From Christensenellales bacterium (lineage in GTDB: Bacteria > Bacillota > Clostridia > Christensenellales > Aristaeellaceae): a DNA stretch of 64,000 nt. This document shows, piece by piece, positions 60,931 to 64,000 of this stretch. The stretch covers positions 106,771-170,770 of the forward strand of contig JAXGME010000004.1 of NCBI GenBank assembly GCA_040768845.1, in the 5' to 3' direction. Numbering within the stretch: the stretch's first letter is position 1; every line of letters starts with the position of its first letter. A program made the position numbers and the translations under genes. The notes beneath the pieces were generated by a model. It did not search any database. It was not told where the DNA came from and saw nothing but the letters and a program-made list of their open reading frames with translations.

Positions 60931-61848
60931 ATGAAGAAAATCCTGTCCCTGGCGCTGGTTCTCCTGTTGGCTGCGATCCCCGCGTTGGCCGCGTCCAACG
61001 AAATCGCGTTCCTGCCTCCTGCGATGACGAGTCCCTTCTACGCAAGCTGCATTGAGGGCGCGAAGCCCGTCGCGGAAGCCGCGGGCTATACGCTGACGGT
61101 CATGGCGCCCGAGGTGGAGAGCGACTATGCGGGCCAGATGCAGTTGATCGAAGACATGATTACCAAGGGCGTTGCCGGCATCGCGGTGTGCGGCATCAAC
61201 ATCGACGCGCTGGTGGCCGGCGTCAAGAAGGCCAACGCCGCCGGCATTCCGGTGGTCATGTTCAACACCATCACCGAGCTGGAAGGCTGCGACGTGTTCG
61301 CCTATTCCGGATACAATCAGTACAACGGCGGCGGCAAGATCGCGGACTGGGTGAACGAAAAAACCGGCGGCACCGCCAATGTGGCCATCATCGAGGGCCT
61401 GCCGTCCGATTACACCACCCAGCGCATGGGCGGCTTTGTGGATAAGTGCGCCGAAGCCTATCCGGGCGTCAAGGTCGTGGCCAGCCAGGCGGGCGACTGG
61501 GAGCGCGAGAAGGGCATGAACGCGGCCACCAACATGCTGCAGGCGCATCCGGAGATCAACGTGTTCTACGGCCTGTCCGACGAGATGGCGCTGGGCGCCG
61601 CCCAGGCCTGCAAGCAGGCCGGCCGCACCGACATCCTCTGCGTCGGGCTGGACGGCAACCCCAACGCCAAGGAGGCCGTCAAGGCCGGCGACCTGACCGC
61701 CACGCTGGACGTGGGCCCCGTGGACATCGGAAAGAACGCCATCGAGGCGCTCATCAAGGCCATTGACGGCGAAACCCTCGAGAACAAGATCATCGAGGCC
61801 GAGACCACCGTCGTTGACAGCACGAACGTCGACCAGTTCCTCAAGTAA
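60931..61848 (+). CDS. ribose-type sugar ABC transporter substrate-binding protein (RbsB-like, CUT2)
   Basis: ATG 60931 follows AAGGAGGG. There is a signal peptide ending in ALAAS. The fold is periplasmic-binding type I (IAFLPPAMTSPFY...VVMFNT...). Confidence 0.85.
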   Translation: MKKILSLALVLLLAAIPALAASNEIAFLPPAMTSPFYASCIEGAKPVAEAAGYTLTVMAPEVESDYAGQMQLIEDMITKGVAGIAVCGINIDALVAGVKKANAAGIPVVMFNTITELEGCDVFAYSGYNQYNGGGKIADWVNEKTGGTANVAIIEGLPSDYTTQRMGGFVDKCAEAYPGVKVVASQAGDWEREKGMNAATNMLQAHPEINVFYGLSDEMALGAAQACKQAGRTDILCVGLDGNPNAKEAVKAGDLTATLDVGPVDIGKNAIEALIKAIDGETLENKIIEAETTVVDSTNVDQFLK

Positions 61849-61891
61849 ACCGGGCTTGCCTCCGGGCGAACCCCCTTTAGGGAGTGACGTT

Positions 61892-63400
61892 ATGGCCGCC
61901 TATCTTGAGATGCGAAGGATTGTCAAGCGCTTTCCGGGCGTGCTCGCGCTGAACAATGTGGACCTGTCCGTCGAACAGGGGGAGATCCACGCGCTGCTGG
62001 GGGAAAACGGCGCGGGCAAGTCCACGCTGATGAAGATTCTCGCGGGTGCCTACCAGAAGGACGAGGGCGCCATCTTGATTGGCGGCCAGAACGTCGAGAT
62101 CCGCTCGCCCAGCCATGCCCGGGAAAAGGGCATTTCCATCATCTATCAGGAGCTGAACCTGATTCCCCAGCTCACCGTGGCGGAGAACATCTTTCTGGGC
62201 CGCCTCATGACCGGCGCGGGCGGGAAGGTGGATTGGGGCGCCATGCTCCGGGAGGCCCAGCGGATGCTGGACAGGCTGGAGGTGGCCATCGACGCCCGGG
62301 CCTGCGTCCGGGACCTGGGCATCGCCCAGATGCAGATGGTCGAGGTGGCCAAGGCGCTATCGCTCCAGTCAAAGATCCTCATCATGGACGAGCCCACCGC
62401 GCCGCTGACCGGCAGGGAGACGGAGATGCTCTTTGCGGTCATGCGCCGGCTCAGGGCGGAGGGCGTCGCCATCATCTACATATCCCACCACCTGGAGGAA
62501 GTGCTGGAGGTCGCCGACCGGGCCACCATCCTCCGGGACGGTGCCAACGTGACGGTGGTCGATGTGGCCGATACCACCCTGGACGAGCTGATCCGCCACA
62601 TGGTGGGCCGGGAATTGAAGGAGAAGTTTCCCAAGATCCGGGTGCCGCTGGGCGGCGAAGTGCTGCGCGTCGAACACCTGACTGCCGGAAAGCGCGTGCA
62701 GGACGTCAGCTTTTCGGTGCGCGCGGGGGAGATTCTGGGCATCGCGGGGCTGGTGGGCGCCGGGCGCACGGAGACGGCCCGCGCCGTCTTTGGCATGGAC
62801 CCGGTCCGCTCGGGGCAGGTGTACGTGGCGGGGAAGCCCGTGCCCATCCGCCGCCCGCTGGACGCCATCCGCGCCGGGCTGGGCTTTGCCACCGAGGACC
62901 GCAAGAGCGAGGGGCTGGTGCTGGCCATGAGCGTGGGGGAGAACATCACGCTGGCGTCCCTCGACCAGTTTGGCGGCCCGTGGCACATGAACCTCGGCCA
63001 GGAAAAGCGGTCGGTGGCGGAGTTCATCGAAAAGCTGAACATCAAAACGCCGTCGGTCCTGCAGAAGGCGCGCAACCTCTCCGGCGGCAACCAGCAGAAG
63101 GTGGTGCTGGCCAAGTGGCTGATGAGCCGCTCCCGCGCGTTCCTCTTTGACGAACCGACCCGCGGCATCGACGTGGGCGCGAAGATCGAGGTCTACAACA
63201 TCATCAACGAGCTGATCCGCCAGGGGGCGGCGGTGGTGCTGATCTCCTCGGAAATGCCGGAGATCCTGGGCATGAGCGACCGCATCTGCGTGATGCATCA
63301 GGGGCGCATCACCGCCACGCTGGACCGCGCGGAGGTGGACGTGACCCAGGAAATGCTCTTGTACTACGCCACCGGCGGCGACGAGAAGCACTCCGCATAG
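61892..63400 (+). CDS. sugar ABC transporter ATP-binding protein with duplicated NBDs (RbsA-like)
   Basis: ATG 61892 follows GGGAGTG. The sequence begins LEMRRIVKRFPGVLALNNVDL, has Walker A GENGAGKST and the signature LSGGNQQKV. Confidence 0.9.
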   Translation: MAAYLEMRRIVKRFPGVLALNNVDLSVEQGEIHALLGENGAGKSTLMKILAGAYQKDEGAILIGGQNVEIRSPSHAREKGISIIYQELNLIPQLTVAENIFLGRLMTGAGGKVDWGAMLREAQRMLDRLEVAIDARACVRDLGIAQMQMVEVAKALSLQSKILIMDEPTAPLTGRETEMLFAVMRRLRAEGVAIIYISHHLEEVLEVADRATILRDGANVTVVDVADTTLDELIRHMVGRELKEKFPKIRVPLGGEVLRVEHLTAGKRVQDVSFSVRAGEILGIAGLVGAGRTETARAVFGMDPVRSGQVYVAGKPVPIRRPLDAIRAGLGFATEDRKSEGLVLAMSVGENITLASLDQFGGPWHMNLGQEKRSVAEFIEKLNIKTPSVLQKARNLSGGNQQKVVLAKWLMSRSRAFLFDEPTRGIDVGAKIEVYNIINELIRQGAAVVLISSEMPEILGMSDRICVMHQGRITATLDRAEVDVTQEMLLYYATGGDEKHSA

Positions 63401-63457
63401 CGCGAAGCGGGGCCGCGGCCCCGCCCAAGAGAAGAAAAGGGGTATTGGACCGTGCAG

Positions 63458-64000
63458 ATGAAGATGAGGCGCGTCGGCTCCGGCAACAACATCCTGGGGA
63501 TTCTGATCGCGTTTGTGCTGCTTTGCGTCATCATGGGCTTTGCCTCGCCGGTGTTTCTGAAGGTGGACAACTTTCTGAACGTGTTTCAGCAGGTGTCCAT
63601 CAACTTCGTGGTGGCGCTGGGCATGAGCTATGTGATCATCTCCGGCGGCATTGACCTGTCCATCGGCTCCAACATGGCGGTGGTGGGTCTGCTCATGGCG
63701 ATGATGATGAAGGCCGGCTTCGGCGTGGCGGTGTCGGTGCTGGCAGGCCTCGCGCTGTCGGTGGCGATCGGCCTTGCCAACGGCGCGATGATTGCCTACC
63801 TGAACCTGCCACCCTTCATCACCACGCTGGGCATGATGTATATTGCCCGGGGCTTTGCCTACACCATTACCGGCGGGCAGCCCGTCTACACGCTGCCCGC
63901 GTCCTTTACCGCCATTTCCGACCGGGTGATGGGCGTGCCGCTGTACACGATCCTCATCATGGTGGCGCTTTTCATCCTCTGCTGGTACAACCTGAAATAC
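63458..64000 (+). CDS. ribose-type ABC transporter permease (RbsC-like), 3'-truncated by the window edge
   Basis: This ORF is absent from the ORF track because no stop is reached. My own translation from ATG 63458 (GTG 63452 is the alternative) gives MKMRRVGSGNNILGILIAFVLLCVIMGF...VIISGGIDLSIGSNMAVVGLLM...PPFITTLGMMYIARG. Confidence 0.8.
   Translation, partial: MKMRRVGSGNNILGILIAFVLLCVIMGFASPVFLKVDNFLNVFQQVSINFVVALGMSYVIISGGIDLSIGSNMAVVGLLMAMMMKAGFGVAVSVLAGLALSVAIGLANGAMIAYLNLPPFITTLGMMYIARGFAYTITGGQPVYTLPASFTAISDRVMGVPLYTILIMVALFILCWYNLKY

Noticed and set aside
63407-63424. The palindrome GCGGGGCC-GC-GGCCCCGC between the rbsA-like and rbsC-like genes, considered as a terminator.
   Set aside because: It has a two-base loop and no U-tract, and it sits inside an obvious operon. 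It is at most an intercistronic stabiliser.
1-64000. A search for rRNA, tRNA, CRISPR arrays, integrases, phage genes and intact IS elements.
   Set aside because: None is evident. All intergenic gaps are under 400 bp and contain only promoters and hairpins. The only mobile-element trace is the transposase-like tail of the giant gene.

Overview
The window is GC-rich (roughly two-thirds G+C by eye, with strongly GC3-biased codons) and looks like a monoderm Firmicutes/Clostridia-type chromosome. That assignment is an inference from three things: YesM/YesN-type regulators, AGGAGG-type ribosome-binding sites, and extended -10 promoters of the form TGnTAnAAT. I saw no rRNA, tRNA, CRISPR array, prophage or intact IS element.

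The gene order is as follows.
- 1-7.1 kb: a fucosylated-glycan utilisation locus, made up of the tail of a CUT1 ABC binding protein, two permeases, a GntR/FadR regulator, a GH29 alpha-L-fucosidase and a large GH106-like hydrolase.
- 7.2-35.9 kb: a membrane-anchored TPR protein, followed 68 nt later by one uninterrupted 27,000-nt gene (8888-35887, 8,999 codons, about 42% of the window).
- 36.3-37.6 kb: a MerR/NmlR-like regulator divergent from an aldo/keto reductase, with a textbook 19-bp-spacer MerR promoter.
- 37.7-39.1 kb: a zincin-like metallopeptidase overlapping a sugar-phosphate isomerase/epimerase gene.
- 39.3-46.8 kb: a cell-envelope cluster containing a polytopic GT-C-like membrane protein, a lipoprotein with seven peptidoglycan-binding repeats, CorA, a small membrane protein and a GH25 muramidase with Big_2 domains.
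- 47.0-55.9 kb: a three-component sugar-sensing unit (binding protein, LytS/YesM-type kinase, YesN/AraC response regulator) next to a YtfQRT/YjfF-like CUT2 ABC transporter.
- 56.0-57.8 kb: a short KdpD/KdpE-like pair.
- 57.9-60.2 kb: secD and secF.
- 60.2-60.7 kb: a lower-GC gene for a small secreted protein.
- 60.9-64.0 kb: a ribose-type ABC operon that runs off the window.

The stand-out feature is the giant gene. It has, in order:
- an N-terminal signal or signal-anchor;
- a 36-bp PEAEQ tandem array;
- dispersed GGxGxD motifs;
- dozens of copies of a roughly 55-aa Ala/Gly-rich repeat, which become organised into roughly 230-aa four-unit supermodules;
- a non-repetitive aromatic-rich region containing a patch of atypical codon usage;
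- a second, FhaB-like class of repeats;
- a coiled coil;
- a C-terminal ~225 aa that reads like a catalytically dead IS256/Mutator transposase core fused in frame.

I saw no LPXTG or other wall-anchor motif. All family assignments come from reading the translations without database searches.
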